Below are positions 63,109-64,000 of a DNA stretch of 64,000 bases, in pieces. The notes under the pieces are model-generated. The model was not told where the DNA came from and ran no database searches. It worked only from the letters and a program-made list of their open reading frames with translations. The DNA lies in contig NC_086097.1 in NCBI RefSeq assembly GCF_963921235.1, positions 164,054,001 through 164,118,000 of the forward strand, written 5' to 3'. Source of the DNA: Mobula hypostoma. Its lineage: Eukaryota. Both the position numbers and the translations under genes were made by a program. Within the stretch, counting starts at the first letter, position 1. Every line of letters starts with the position of its first letter.

Positions 63109-64000
63109 AAGAGCTAAGAGGCAGATTATTTTACTAGATATGAGTGTTGCGGGCAATGCCAGCATTCAGTGACCACCCCTGTTTGCCCATGAGAGGGTGG
63201 AGGTGAGCTGCTTGCCCCAATTGCTACTTCAGACCAGCCCACCTTATTGTTGGGTCGAGAGCTCTGTTACTTAAACCCAAAGAGATTCTGATGAATTGGC
63301 AAACATCTAAATGAATGGTACAAACGATGAAGGGATGAAGGTCCACTCCCTGTTCCTGTACTCCACTCATGTGCTGACTAGTTGTGTCACTTGCAGGTGA
63401 CCAATCCCTAGGCAGACATTTGCTTCCTTCTTATGCAGTGTCATGGTCTCTGCTTAGACCATTTCTGCTCTGCACAGCGTTGATTGGGTACTGACTGAAA
63501 GAATCACAGCTATGTCCTCTTATTCATTTATATTTTCAGGATACAGTGCAGTCATGCTCCAGATATCACCGAACATTCTGCATATTAAGACTTACTATTT
63601 CAAACAGTAGTTAAAAGCTTTAGTTAATGTCTTCCAGGAGATCTGTTGTTGATGTTTCCACATTAGCAAGTTTGTGCTGTGCACTTTGCACCTCATCTGC
63701 AGCACACACAGTCTTCATTTCTTAGTGTAGTAAAACTCCAGTCCTTCTCTGTTCAAAAGTCCCAGTGGTTCAGCATCCAGCTCGCCAAAGCTGTAACCTC
63801 AGTGGAGTGCCTCTGAATTCACAAAATGCACGTGAACATTCTTGGATTTAATGTGACAGAATTCCAGCTGGTCATGAGAACTGCGACTTGCCGCTACACA
63901 GCAGCTGGCAAATCCATCTTTCCAGTGCCCAAAACTCTCTTTCATATGTATGAGCCGCACATAGATTTAGTGTTGACAAGCATTCTGGGACCCCATTCAT

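Noticed and set aside
37746..64000. Next PTPRM exons (KLAKKRKE... juxtamembrane exon; YSYSYYL-type microexon)
   Set aside because: Not found by eye; probably downstream, though a microexon could have been missed.

Overview
Eukaryotic, AT-rich, repeat-dense vertebrate DNA; the repeat content suggests a cartilaginous fish, probably a ray (inference, no search run). The window lies inside one + strand gene, receptor tyrosine phosphatase mu (PTPRM). Three constitutive exons are present: 8416-8689 (4th FN3 region), 23267-23303 (37 nt) and 37610-37745 (transmembrane). A probable 75-nt in-frame cassette exon lies at 28077-28151. The rest is intron filled with retroelements: a full-length L1-clade LINE with two open ORFs and a perfect 11-bp TSD (51706-57545, -), an old complete Gypsy element split by a CR1, a truncated Gypsy, many CR1 and Rex/Babar-like fragments, tRNA-derived SINEs, and Penelope-like elements whose terminal repeats carry minimal hammerhead ribozyme motifs, often as fold-back mini-elements. 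No prokaryotic-type system is present. Boundaries of decayed repeats are approximate, and family names come from recognised motifs rather than database hits.
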